DNA of 63,079 bases, filler included, from Lenisia limosa (taxonomy: Eukaryota > Protista > Breviatea): assembly GCA_001655205.1 (NCBI GenBank). It is 14 parts of 14 records of this genome, joined end to end, with 100 filler letters (N's around TTAATTAATTAA, not from the genome) between each part and the next. Parts side by side here need not be neighbours in the genome. Positions count along the whole stretch, not along the records: positions 1 to 12,559 come from LPNZ01008249.1; positions 12,660 to 14,907 come from LPNZ01005816.1; 12 more parts are not named here. One strand, 5' to 3'. Positions within the stretch are counted from its first letter, which is position 1. Every line of letters starts with the position of its first letter. The translations under genes were made by a program, and so were the position numbers. Under the pieces are notes generated by a model. It was not told the origin of the DNA, did no database searches, and saw nothing but the letters and a program-made list of their open reading frames with translations. Positions 1 through 13,296 of this stretch are shown in pieces.

Positions 1-167
1 TTTATCGGCAGTTTTTGATATGAATTGGTGGTTTTCGATTTTTATCGACAGTTTTCGATATATCAAGAACTCAGTTTTAGCATCTTTAATTTATATTTTA
101 TCAATTCATTATTTCCAAAAATCAATTGCACAATGTCTTCACATTAATGTGCATTCCCCCCCGCCCC

Positions 168-2005
168 CACTGGTAACACAGGCATAAGAGGTGTTCAAAT
201 GAGGTACGTGATCTTCGAAGTAGTTGGTTACACCAGTGAAGTTCATAACCTAATATGTTATTACTATTTTCCATATCTTTTAGCTAATTGATACATTTAA
301 CATTCCTAATCCTCAAAAAACCTAAAAAGAATAAACAAAAACAATACACAAGGAGTAATATCTGATCACCAATATCACCAATAGCACCCCCCCCCCCAAG
401 GTTCCCTGTCCCTTGAATATGTATTACCTTGTTGNNNNNNNNNNNNNNNNNNNNNNNNNNNNNNNNNNNNNNNNNNNNNNNNNNNNNNNNNNNNNNNNNN
501 NNNNNNNNNNNNNNNNNNNNNNNNNNNNNNNNNNNNNNNNNNNNNNNNNNNNNNNNNNNNNNNNNNNNNNNNNNNNNNNNNNNNNNNNNNNNNNNNCATG
601 ATAAAGATTCTGTACAGGTACCGGGAGAAGTCTTGCATGATTTGTAATACGATTTCGAAAGGAAAATAGGTCAAGACTTATCCCGGTCACTGTATATACA
701 CATGTATAAGTTCTATCGATATTTAACGGTCTTTTTCGGACCGCAGGGAAGCCCTAATTGTATAGAAATAAAACAAGATGGCATGAGGCGGAAGCCGGCC
801 ATATTATCACATCATATACCAGAGTATATCATATCACTAACTTCTCTAACAAACCTGGGTGTCGTTATAGAAGACAACTTTTTGGACGATTCCGTCAGTG
901 ATACGGACAACAGTTTCAGCTAAATAATGAACAGCCGCGCGGATGGGAAAGTTAATTACTATCATATACTTTTGTTTTTTCGATTTTTCATGTACACTTT
1001 GTCATGTTGAAAACAACCGACTTGTAAAATCGATACTGGCTCTGTACGTCGAGATGAGAAATAAAAAAAGGCTATATTTGGCCGAATCCCTCTAAACCAT
1101 CACTTTGATAGTCAATTGCAGTACAACCTACCATCATGAATATGAACCAATGATTGCTGGGAGCCAGAAAAAAGCTTGACATGCCCATTGAACAATGGAA
1201 GGCTGCTATCCTCGTCATGCGCACTCACAAGACGCCTAACCCCTCTTTCGTCCATACAGGTGAAGTAAAGTTGCCCGGAATCTGGAATATTAGAATCAAC
1301 AAACCCAGCTTTTCATTGATACCAACTTTTCCGCAATCTTTTTGAGAATACAACTATCAACAACCACCAACCAGTTACGGCAACAAGAGTTTGCTCGTCA
1401 TCACTTAAAGACCACATATTCCTATATCTTGAAAAGGTGTTCGTTTACTTTGATAATATAGGTAATTAAAAAATGGTGACAGTAAGTACCACCTTAAAGA
1501 TCGATTTGGGAGAATAATGATTGTTAATTTCTTGTTTACCCCAAGATTAAACATATTGAGCTATCTATTGAGTAGCAATCCAAATGACTGGGTGAACGCC
1601 TTTGTCAAGATATAACCTTGTATATATCATCTCTATATGATTTAATACCAAAAAGAAAGTCAAGTATTCTTATTCAAAGAAAAAGACCAAATCTTACCTG
1701 AGGCTTGAAGGAATGAAATTCTCGAAAGAGACATCATCAATAAGTCCGTAGGTTTCGCCAAATATTCGGATTTCGTAAGGTACACCCGTCACTATCGCTA
1801 AAAGGGTCACAAGGACACTTGTGTGATTACGTGTCATAAGAGATGATATAAGAACCTCAAACTATGATGAACAACATGGACTAAATTTGGATATGGTTGG
1901 CTGAATGATATCATCATTATTAAGAGCTTGCTCTCAATGTTCTGAGTGCGAACCTGAAAGAGAGCACAGCAACAATGCAAAGGCGGCTATATTCCACGAT
2001 TTCAT
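168..2005 (-). CDS. Multi-exon orphan secreted protein (gene A), 3' end beyond window start
   Basis: Manual GT-AG exon chain: MKSWNIAAFALLLCSLS|AIVTGVPYEIRIFGETYGLIDDVSFENFIPSSLR|LYLDKGVHPVIW...|NMWSLSDDEQTLVAVT|DSGQLYFTCMDERGVRRLVSAHDEDSSLPLFNGHVKLF|AETVVRITDGIVQKVVFYNDTQ|...VMNFTGVTNYFEDHVPHLNTSYACV. Hydrophobic N-terminus resembles a signal peptide. No domain recognised. Confidence 0.65.
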
Positions 2006-2408
2006 TCTTGAAATTGCCCAAATATGGGCAGAGAAGGAATGGAAACGCTATTAGTGGCAACTAAGGTGATACGCCAATTAAGGGACTATCGCTAATATAT
2101 AATATAAATAATATAGTAATAATTAAAGACAGTGTGATGATCCTGTAAACACCACAACTGCCAACAACCATACAAGCCTGCCATGGCGGCGGTGAGTTAG
2201 ACCGAGCCAGGTCCCTTGCGGGCGGACCAACCAGGGGCCAACAGCTTTCTGCTTTCTCCACTACTTGCCTACTACTGCCAAATTCCACCATAATTGTGTT
2301 TAGTTGCAATTTAGTTGTGTAACTAACTTGCAGATTTGGCGTTAAAATACTAATCGATAATGTAAGAATCTATTGCCGCTATTGCACTGCTGCGAATAGC
2401 TGAAAAAG

Positions 2409-5400
2409 ATGTTCACTCCTTCCATGTCAACAAATCCTCGTTTCCAGCTTATCATTTATCTGGTGGTGGCAATCTTTAGTCTTCAATTCCATTGTGGTTG
2501 GTTGGTCGGATATTTGTTTTCATACACGGCACTTTATCGTTTATTTATTGGATCTCTTCTTCATTCTATTGTGGATATTTATCTTAATTTTTGGATCTCA
2601 GGGGCAGCATTGCTTTATCAGACAACAACTTTTTTTTCTTTTTTTTTGAATTGTTGTTTTTATTTCATTTTTTCATTTTTTTTTTTTTTTTTNNNNNNNN
2701 NNNNNNNNNNNNNNNNNNNNNNNNNNNNNNNNNNNNNNNNNNTGATCATAACAAAACGAATAATAGTTGCATTGAATATAACAATAACAATAATTCTTCG
2801 CTTATTATTCCTTTCTTCGGGGATGTGACAAATAATAATTCTTTCGTTTGCATGAGAGCTTCACTTTCGGTTCCGAAAGCGACTTGATTATTGATAAATC
2901 CCAAGTAGTTTTCCCCTGTGACTAGGGCTTCACTTTTAATTTCTCGATAAATCCTCGAAAACTACCGATATTTTACCGGTCTTTTTTGAACCGAAGTGAA
3001 GCCCTCCCGGTGACCCAACTAGATTTCTCATTTAATCCTTGATAAATATTGATATTTTACTGGTCTTTTTCGGATCATGGGGAACCCTTCTATGATGTAT
3101 GAGTAGGGGTTCCCTTTAGTTCGAAAAAAACCCATTAAAATATCGAAAGTTTTCGTGGATTTATCGACAAATTCAGTCTTTTTTTCGAACCGATGTACAG
3201 CCCTATATGACATATGAGCATCGAATAACCTCGCGCAGGAAACGGCCACGTTGACTATGTGGTCACAGGGATCATGGAAAATCAGAACTTCGGCAACAGC
3301 TTTTCCGAAGTGAGTTGGGGGGGGGGGAGAGGTGTAAAATATTGNNNNNNNNNNNNNNNNNNNNNNNNNNNNNNNNNNNNNNNNNNNNNNNNNNNNNNNN
3401 NNNNNNNNNNNNNNNNNNNNNNNNNNNNNNNNNCTAAATATCTATAATACATCATATTATATATCATAACATAATGTTCACAATTACCCGTTTGTTATTC
3501 CGACATGCTGTAGAACTAGGGATAAGGAAAAAAGACCGAGATGTATTTAACGAAGATTAATCGAGAAATTCAGTCATTAAGAATCGATGTGAAGCCCCAC
3601 TAATAGCTAATTTTATACCCACCGTAACACTTCAGCGCTTCTCAGAGGACCTATTAGCTTCGCTTCCGCTCTTAAATGGCGAAACCGTTACCTCCATTGT
3701 CAGCTTAGCATACGTTGATGATATTGTTCTCCTTCAAACCACCTACCGTGGGTGTGAAATATTACCGATGGTCGTATCAAATATAATAGTTATTGGTTAT
3801 TTTTCCAGAATATTGGACTATCGTTTCACAAATTTTTTTAATATACGCAGTAGCACTAGATTTATCTCTGAGAATACTAAACTGATAATAAAATAATACT
3901 TTATTTCTTAATGCAGAATAGAGTTAACTGCCCTTGACTTCCATAACAAGTTTGTTTTATCGTTTTTGTCTACATTATTATCTTAATATAGTTGCATATT
4001 TTACATTTGTGTATCCACAATGCCAATCCTGCTCTTGCAATTGAAGCTTAACTTTCGATAAAATATCGATATTTATCAGGAACTATCGAGAATTTAGTGT
4101 TTTGGAACCTAAGTGAAGCTTTTGGACAATAAAGCCATCAGTCAACTATGCCCAATCGAAATCCCGGTCTCACAGTATAGCTGGTGTTGCAACAGGTGTA
4201 GTTCTTCAGTTCCACCCCGCAGACCATGAAAACTCAGTGGGTTGCTATTGGGGCTTTCCTTCAGGCCTAAAATGACTGGTAAAATATATCGATAAATTTC
4301 GAGTATTTATCGAAAAATTCAGTCTTTTTTGAACCGAAGTGAAACCCGAGGTGTTATATTGCTTCATTATGGCATATTTATGTCAATATGTTGGGGGAGG
4401 AGGTTTTTATCATCATGTTGGGAGGGGGGAATTGTAATACAGTGACAGCGATAAGTCTTGATTGATACGAATATTGAACTTTATGTTTAGTCATGTCAGA
4501 ACTTATCGTGGTGGCTGTAGGTGGCATTTATGGGCATTTTTGGAGTAGTGAAGCTGAAGGTAGGTATTATTATATCATATCACTTTTTGGATCATTTACA
4601 CACGTTTGAACTATCATTTTCGACGCAGTGATATACCTCATATTATGATAATTGACCGACAAATCTTAATGATACTCTGTTATCTTCATGTTAGGCCTCC
4701 ACGATGTAAAGGGGGCCTTGAACCCAAATTATTTCTCCTGTACACTATTCAATTCTTAACCTTTTGTAATTTTAAGGAGGTAGGTAACAATAGACAATTT
4801 ATATCATAAGAATAACCTTGGGTGGGGTGATGGGAAAGCTGCAAAAAGTGCTCCTCAGTTGATAGGGCTTCACTTCGGATTCACACAATATTGAATTCTT
4901 TCTCGATAAAGATCAATAATTTACACGTATTTTCGAAACGAAAATAAGCAAAGAAACAAGCAAATGCCTCATTATGTTACATTTCAACTCACATACAAGA
5001 TGCGCTGGGAGTTTTTACCAGCGTTCACACAAGCAATTGTGAGGTCCCCTTTTATCGATGTTTACATGGGTGGGTATCTCTTTATCATCTTTTTGGCTGT
5101 TTTTTTACATGGATGTGTCTCATTTCATCTTTTTGGCTGTTTTTTTTACATGGGTGGATGTCTTTTATATCGCCTTTTCCCCACATGTCTTACACAGTCT
5201 ATCATATGTATGTAATATCACTCTCTAATAATATTCTTATTTGGAACTTCAACAAACGCGATCTGTCGAAGAGCCTCTTTATCCATCGTGAAGCAGACTT
5301 CCATTCCCCTGATATTTTCAGGATTGTCAAACGTTCGTTTTACGCTGCATTTCATGGGGGGAAACTACGAGAGCTTTGGCTTTATGGTTAGGGGAGAGGG

Positions 5401-8400
5401 TATAAGGGGGTACTGCGGCAAGGCTTGTCACCGATACTGAACTTCAAATCAATCGTGACAGTACTTTGCATGCATTTCCAGGATTTTTTTTTTTTTTTTT
5501 GATATTAAACGTTAATTCGGGAAATCACTCGCAGGAAAATAATGAGGGGTTTTCTTGTCGTAAATAGTTTTTCTGACTTATTCTTCGTAGAATTCCACTT
5601 CGATAGATATCTACACACACCGTTATTATGGAGGCATAGGCATCCCANNNNNNNNNNNNNNNNNNNNNNNNNNNNNNNNNNNNNNNNNNNNNNNNNNNNN
5701 NNNNNNNNNNNNNNNNNNNNNNNNNNNNNNNNNNNNNNNNNNNNNNNNGGGGTGGGGGGAGCGTGATTCCTTGAGGACTGGAGTCTTTATAATATTTAAT
5801 CACCGAACTCCCTCAACAATGTTCCCTGCCCGCACCTCTCCTCTACTATACTGAGGTGATAATCCCCCAATAATGAGATGTTCGGTTGGCGAATTTGATT
5901 GGGAATTAGACCCACCCTTGTCATATGATATGTATTATTTTTGGCATTGTGAAAAAAAAAAGGAAAATAATCGCAAAATTTGAAGTGCAACGTAGTGTAA
6001 TTTCAGACACTTAAATTTTATATGTTTTGAAAAATTTCTTTTAAAAAAATTGCACGTAGTCATTGTATTTTTCCTCGTGTTTCTTCAACCTGGTCTGTCC
6101 CATCTGGTTATATCAATAAAAGAAGCACTCATCTGATTTATTAGCTCATTTGATTCGAATCGCATCGAAATACGGCATCTTCGACTATGACATGTCACAT
6201 GCCACAAACGCTTCCATCACTTCCGTGCATTACACAAAAGATATGGTGATTTTGGTGCAAGGTGGGGGTGGGGGTGGGGGTAATAGTATTATCCGTATCA
6301 CCAGTGGATATGGGTGAACATTTTGGTTCAAGGTGTATATTTGGCAGCAATACCATTTCCCTTATCCCAATAAACGAAGTTTTATTACACCCCCCCTCCT
6401 GGCCTGGGCTTTGTTTGTGTTGTTCTCTTTTAGCCGTTAGGGTTGATTTTGGGCTTTTGCTTCATAAGTTTACTCCTATTCCCCCTAATCCCAATATTTT
6501 CCTAATATACACTTAATATTAAATGATCTTAATATGCATTATACCGCCCCCCTCCCCCTCCACGCTGGAGTGATCGGATGCAGGGTGTTGCAGAAGCGAC
6601 TGGTCTGGATTGTTTTGTTTTGTTATTAACCCTTGTGTTGTCAGCCATCAAAGTTGATTTTGGTCTTTTTTTTTGTTTCATAAATTTTCCAATTTTACCC
6701 CCCCCCCCCCNNNNNNNNNNNNNNNNNNNNNNNNNNNNNNNNNNNNNNNNNNNNNNNNNNNNNNNNNNNNNNNNNNNNNNNNNNNNNNNNNNNNNNNNNN
6801 NNNNNNNNNNNNNNNNNNNNNNNNNNCCCATGTTCACCCAAACAATGCTTTCAACCTCCACCCCATCATTAAATTGATGTTCACGCAGTGTCTTTGCTCT
6901 AATTATTTTTTCGAACCGAAGTGAAGCCCAACCCACCCTTTTTTTTACACAGTAGACGACACTCAATTAACAATACTACCCAATCCTCTATCTCCTGACA
7001 TCCCAATTTTCCCGGTATTCACCTAGCAGACGATTCTTTAGTGACAATGGTATCGGCAGATGCTATATTAAACGCCCCGATTCGTAATAAAGTGGAGGTG
7101 ATAGTGGCCAATCATGCCATTCCAGGTTGGTGGTGGAACCCGGTAAGACTATCGGAATATATCGATGGTTTATCGAGCAATTCAGTCTTTCTTCCAACAG
7201 AAGTGAAGCCCTAGATGGAGCTGACCTAGGTCCTATTCCATTTCTTGCAATAGTTTGAATACATACCTCTAGATTTTGTTCCATTTTTCTTTCTTACCCA
7301 TTTTTTGCAAAATTGTGTTTACGTTAGGAAATGTTCACTACCTTTTACATGGTTTTTATGCCACTATATTCGTTACAGTATGATCACTGATAGTGTTTGA
7401 CTTCAGATATTATTTCTTCTTTTTTTTAGACAAGATTGTAAACGTGTAGGGCTTTCAGCTTCTCTGCCTCTTCGGTGTTACATTAGCCCCAATTTTTACT
7501 CCAGTGGGGAGTGGGGAGCAGAGCGTGACGTCAACGATGGCTTTGTCCAATAATAACTTGATTTATTTTGGATCATTTAGATCTATCACCTAGATACATA
7601 GTATGTATATCCACTAGTAGTATGAGCATATGGCCGACTTTCGAGTCGAAATGATAACCCTAATGGTATGAGCATATGACCGAATTTCAAGTCGAAATGA
7701 TGACCGAAATTGCAGCTCTTCTACATTTACATTCTTACATTGCGTAGTTGGAGGCTATGTGTACTTCAATTCAGGCACTGATGCAGGCTTTTTCCAACTA
7801 GATTCCGTGGATTTCTCTTGTGACTTCTTCATCAGAAAAATAACCTTGTGTATGCAATGGGACATTTGACAAGTTGAAGGAAAGAGTTACAAAGAGAATT
7901 TCAGTTAGGCGAAAGCTAGCTTTGTGTACAGAGTCACAATGCAAGTGATTGGGTAAATTAATTAATACTATCCTATAATCTATTATGCCCCCTCTCAAAA
8001 GTATCTTTTTTTCCTTGGAATTTAGACCAATTCCATTGAGTTTTTCTTGTTCCTAAATAAGCCTAATTGGAATGGAACCCTCTCTCACACTTTGACAAAT
8101 TTTAGCATCAGGCAACGTTGTCACGCTCGTTTATCAAGCATCCCCCCTTCCAGATGGGTATTTTGAGATTGTCTTCACTGGAAACTACTGTTTGAGGGGG
8201 GCCTCACTCCAGTACGAAAAAGGTCGATAAATTATCGAAATATATCGATGATTATCGATTATTCAGTCATTTTCCGGATTGGAAGCCTAAGTCGTTACAC
8301 TGTTCTTGTATTGTTTAACTTATACTTTTTGTATGGGCTTTTAGACTGCACTAACACTTCAGTTGAACATAATCTTGCCCGACATGAAACCTACGTAATC

Positions 8401-11400
8401 AACCCGGTTCTAGCCATCTTTAAAACAGCAGGTGTGAATAACGGGGATTATGTGCATGAGAAATAGAAAACCTCTCATTTTCATTCTATTTTAATACGCG
8501 TATTGGTGTGGACGGCGCTCAGATACAACCTCTTTTTTTTTATTGTTTCTCATCTCCTCATATCACTCTTATTCCACCGCATGATGGTGAAAAAAGACGG
8601 CTTTGCTCAATTATTTTTTATAATTCCTCATTCAGATAAAGATTTTGAGCATTATCTTAAGTCAAATATTTATCGTTTTGTTTCATAAATATCCAGCAGG
8701 TTTGATTTTGGACATATTTGTTTCATTTTTTTTTGTTTAGTATTTTTTTCCTCCCCTGCCTCCCATTTTTATTTTTATGCGATGTTCAGAATTACACTCG
8801 GAACTTTTTAAGTTCCACATCTTAATGAACCTAGAGGGATGGAGAATCACCCGGGGACCCTCGTTCAATGAATTTGCTCACACAGTACATATCCCCGACA
8901 AACCATTGTTCTTTAGTAATGGAGCTCTTTATACAGGTTTTCGGCGATTGATTTTTTTTTTTTTTTTTTTTTGAANNNNNNNNNNNNNNNNNNNNNNNNN
9001 NNNNNNNNNNNNNNNNNNNNNTGCGCTTATGAACGTGATTTACGCCATTATTCATATATTTTTGTCATATCATTTATAAATCACAATTTTGATCAAAAAA
9101 TATTGTCGGATTTGAATAGACGATATACTATATGTATCAATGAAACACCTTCAATACAGAGATAAGTGAAAACAAAAATAACCAAGCATAATGCATCCAC
9201 AGCTATACATATTGCCGAAGAACTCTCTCTCTCCACAGATGCCCAAATTTGGTAAAAATTGATAAAACCTATTCACCAACTCCATGAATCCTTACACTCT
9301 GATGTTTTTGTTTCAGTTCAACGACCGGCTTAATAAATTATATGCATAATGTATCAACTCACGAAATGGAATCCATGGTTTGTAACTAACTCTATAGATG
9401 ACACTCTTGTAATCTGCCCACATGCGTTTATAGATACTCCTAAGGTCTGTTTAAACATATCATATTCCTATGCCCTTTAAAAACGTAAAATCAAACATGT
9501 TTATTTAATATACAAGTAGATCAAAAATCGCAATACTCCCAAGCTCTGTACATTTATTATATTAGTTTTTACAATCATGGACCGTTTAGACTACCCTAGA
9601 ATCCGGAATTCTCTTCTTAGATGTTTCAGGACCTTTCACCCTCATGAGTTTGGGGGGGGGTGGACTTAAGATGTCATTCGCTTCGGTCCGAGAAATGACT
9701 TAATTCTCAATTAATCCTTGATAAATACCGATATTTTATCAGACTAGTGAAGCCCTACTTTTTATTTTGAAGAAAAGAATATTATGCAACATTTAAATTA
9801 TATCAAGGAAAACAAAAACAAAACTACGGATACTCACTAGAATCGTAATTTCAATATTAGAGTCAAATGTAATCCAGTTATCCCCTATTAAGACAAAAAC
9901 CAATTTTTACATATGAGGATATTCTACTTTTTTCTTTTCTTTTTTCACCTTTTTTTACAACATAGGTGATGGCACGCTATACTATGTCAATGAAGTCGTT
10001 TACAAACACCCTGATGGGTTACCTAAAGTGAGTAGTGCGCTCGGTTTATACGCGTTAAACGCAATTTATATTTTAAATTCCTGATACGTATCAGTATTTT
10101 ATAGGTCTTTTTGTAACATTTGTGAATCCCTAATAATAATAGCTTGTGAGCATCTTCGAAGATTACCATATAGTTCTCAGTCATCAGCATTACTTTCCCC
10201 TCACATCTTCGATAGATTGTGTTACTTTTTGGCGGTCATCGATACTTTGTTTTCCTCACGCTTGAAAACGATCAGTCCCTTTTATTCAACCTTGATTTGC
10301 CAGGCAATGAGTACCCCAAACACAGTAGGTAAAAAATAACCCGTAATTACATTTCTTAAGAATATTTTAAGCTGTTTCAATTCTTAGTTTTCCCTTGCTT
10401 GAATATAGTCTCGAGTTGGACACTCTTTTTTTGGCCTCACGTCGATTAGTTTTATCCTAACTTTAACATTGATTGGTTTTATCTTTAATTAACTTTGACT
10501 AGTTTTGTATTTATATTAAGGCATGGTTTTATATTGGCTAATCTTGACATAAAATAGTAATATGTGTTGCATCGTGTCATCAACTTTGAACATTGTAATC
10601 TTGACATTGACTTTTATGTTGTGTAGTTTCATCGTGTTTCACCTCCCCGCCCAACGGAAATGCAACGACTGAATTGGACTTTTTGGAAGGTGTGTTAGGG
10701 GCTTTCTTCAAGTTGGTTTTAATGTTAAAAGGACTGATGTCGTCAATCTGAGTATAACTCTCACTGCGCTGGCGACTATATTGTCTCTATCTCACTACTC
10801 TCTCTATCTCACCGCTATCCCCATCCAGTTCTCTTGACTTTTAGACTAATATAATCACTTGATCTTCCCAGCCTAATATGATCTAATTGATCTAGTCAAA
10901 TCATTCGTCATAGAAGCTCTTGCCGAAGAAGATTCGGCTTACATCCTAACTAGTATGCTGGTAGTGTTTTTCTATGAACTAGATATAAATATCTAAAAAG
11001 AAAGAGCAGGTTCGATTCATGAATAAAGGATTTTGTCCTATTTATTCTTGGTCAAATGCATCACTCTCCCTAGATTTTGGCAAAGTGTTTGAGTGTTTCT
11101 CCTCGACTCCAGGAGTCACCCATGTTCTACTATGTAGGCCCGTGTTATTTCTTTTTTAAAACTGTTGAAATATGATAATAAAGCAAATGACACTGTTGAA
11201 TAATATTCTATACGTCAGTCATCTGTATCAAATCACCTCTATGTAATAGTATATGTATTAGTAGTATGTGTGTGTGTAGGGGGGGGGGGGGTTGCAANNN
11301 NNNNNNNNNNNNNNNNNNNNNNNNNNNNNNNNNNNNNNNNNNNNNNNNNNNNNNNNNNNNNNNNNNNNNNNNNNNNNNNNNNNNNNNNNNTACATTTCAG

Positions 11401-11572
11401 CCTCAACTGTGATCAGTATGTTTACTATCAATGAAGATCCAGAGAAGATCAACGTTTTCTTTCTTATAGGTATGCCCAACTTGGCTTCAGAGCTTATTCT
11501 GACACCCTCGGGGGGATGAATCCTGTGTCATCTTCGTTCATCATTTTGTATTCAAAGGTCGAGCATCCATAA
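2409..11572 (+). CDS. Large multi-exon orphan secreted/surface protein (gene B); may be more than one gene
   Basis: Signal-peptide-like start MSTNPRFQLIIYLVVAIFSLQFHC, then >20 GT-AG bounded open segments. Examples: 3648-3751 EDLLASLPLLNGETVTSIVSLAYVDDIVLLQTTYR, 5240-5387 IWNFNKRDLSKSLFIHREADFHSPDIFRIVKRSFY, 6157-6261 AHLIRIASKYGIFDYDMSHATNASITSVHYTKDMVILVQ, 8833-8937 EGWRITRGPSFNEFAHTVHIPDKPLFFSNGALYT, 9967-10028 GDGTLYYVNEVVYKHPDGLPK. Probable stop TAA at 11570-11572. Confidence 0.6.
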
Positions 11573-11810
11573 ACAAGTGTATATGGGCAACTATCATCAT
11601 ATCCAGCAGAAAGCTGTATGCACAGAGTTGTAAGGCAAATGATTGGGTGAATTAATATTATACTATATCGATATATACTATATTTCTATATCTCTTATAA
11701 GCATAATGGTTTGGACGGCTTCAACCAGCTACAAAGAAAAGAATGTATTCTCGATACTCAATAAATACAGTATAGTTTAGCGGTTTCATTGCATTAAATA
11801 TAGTATATAA

Positions 11811-12559
11811 GTGGCCGAGTTTGGCCTTGACCGCGTATTTGGCCTTGACCAGCCACTTTTTAAGACTTTTTTTTGGTACTTGTCATGATTTAAAATCGCT
11901 GACTTTTAAAAAAACACACTATATTCAACATAGACACAAACTAATTGCCACGTCTGCAGTGAGCACGGGCCCTAGTGTCACCTCTTTACCTCTTCCTCGA
12001 CCTCGTTAGAGGGGTTGACCTATTGGTGGTCTCTGACGCGTGTTGTATGAATTTAAGCTGGGTACAAGGACAAATAGATGTGATTGTCAGCCAGGACCTG
12101 TAATGCAGAAAGACTCCATCTTGAAGGGTGGCAANNNNNNNNNNNNNNNNNNNNNNNNNNNNNNNNNNNNNNNNNNNNNNNNNNNNNNNNNNNNNNNNNN
12201 NNNNNNNNNNNNNNNNNNNNNNNNNNNNNNNNNNNNNNNNNNNNNNNNNNNNNNNNNNNNNNNNNNNNNNNNNNNNNNNNNNNNNNNNNNNNNNNNNNNN
12301 NNNNNNNNNNNNNNNNNNNNNNNNNNNNNNNNNNNNNNNNNNNNNNNAAATGAAGCAAATCCTTGATTTGGGCTCCTGAAGGGTGTTGGTGACTTCAGAG
12401 TTCAAAAATTTCAAATTGCCCGTTTTAATTTCGTATTTTGTACATTTTGGTACAAAACTTCATTTCCTTAAAATAGTCTTTGAAAAAAGCATAGCTGTCT
12501 CAGAAAATGGGGTGAGGCTGGTCAAGGCCAAATACGCGGTCAAGGCCAAACTCGGCCAC
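11811..12559 (-). mobile_element. Internally deleted DNA transposon with perfect 44-bp terminal inverted repeats and probable pogo/DDE_1 transposase remnant
   Basis: 11811-11854 gtggccgagtttggccttgaccgcgtatttggccttgaccagcc is the exact reverse complement of 12516-12559. The minus-strand interior reads PKSRICFI[N gap]CHPSRWSLSALQVLADNHIYLSLYPA*, resembling the DDE_1 'LLILDGHxSH...N.I.L..LP' segment. Confidence 0.8.
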
Positions 12560-12816
12560 NNNNNNNNNNNNNNNNNNNNNNNNNNNNNNNNNNNNNNNNN
12601 NNNTTAATTAATTAANNNNNNNNNNNNNNNNNNNNNNNNNNNNNNNNNNNNNNNNNNNNAGAATTGACCGTACTAAGGCTGACCGTTATTAGCAGAAAAG
12701 ACATTCTTCACTAACAACAAACCCCATGAAGCCTACATCCTTGGGCAAACCCCATGAAGCCTACATCTTTGGACAGGGTCTGCACGGAGTTCTGGAGGAG
12801 TCTCGTGAGCGACAGC

Positions 12817-12934
12817 AGCAGCCTGAAGCAAGTGAGGAGAAAGCATGAGATAAGTAGCAGCCTGAAGGAAGTGAGGAGAAAACCTGGGATAAGTAGCAGT
12901 CTGAATGAAGGAAGCGAGAAGAAAGCCTGTGATA
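12817..12934 (+). repeat. 39-bp tandem repeat, about 3 copies
   Basis: agcagcctgaagcaagtgaggagaaagcatgagataagt-like units start at 12817, 12856 and 12895. A 28-bp-period duplication (aaaccccatgaagcctacatc) lies just upstream at about 12720-12770. Confidence 0.85.
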
Positions 12935-13200
12935 AATAGTGCGTCTCAATGGGGCCAGAAAAGCCATAAACTCTGCAAAAATGCTAATATGTGAGATATA
13001 ATTGAAGTATCATCTCCACCCCCCCCCCCCCNNNNNNNNNNNNNNNNNNNNNNNNNNNNNNNNNNNNNNNNNNNNNNNNNNNNNNNNNNNNNNNNNNNNN
13101 NNNNNNNNNNNNNNNNNNNNNNNNNNNNNNNNNNNNNNNNNNNNNNAGGAAGATGTCAAAAATGCCCTAAAAAATAAGCACAGAAGTGGATTGGGTTTCA

Positions 13201-13281
13201 TACAGTGACCGGGATAAGTCTTGATCGATTTGCTATATGATTCCTCAGGAAAATCGGCTAAGTCTTATCCCGGTCACAGTA
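13201..13281. mobile_element. MITE family B (Tc1/mariner-like), complete copy
   Basis: TA|CAGTGACCGGGATAAGTCTTGA...(TCAAGAC)TTATCCCGGTCACTG|TA consensus, about 80 bp with TA flanks. Other copies at 16327-16406, 51813-51889, 640-693 (right half), 4439-4468 (left half) and 19118-19340 (array). Confidence 0.85.
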
Positions 13282-13296
13282 TATTCCCGGGTGCTC

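Noticed and set aside
1580-1800. Faint resemblance of gene A (IPSSLRLYLDKG) to a CatSper-gamma segment
   Set aside because: A single short motif from memory, with no supporting similarity in the other exons. It would need a profile search.
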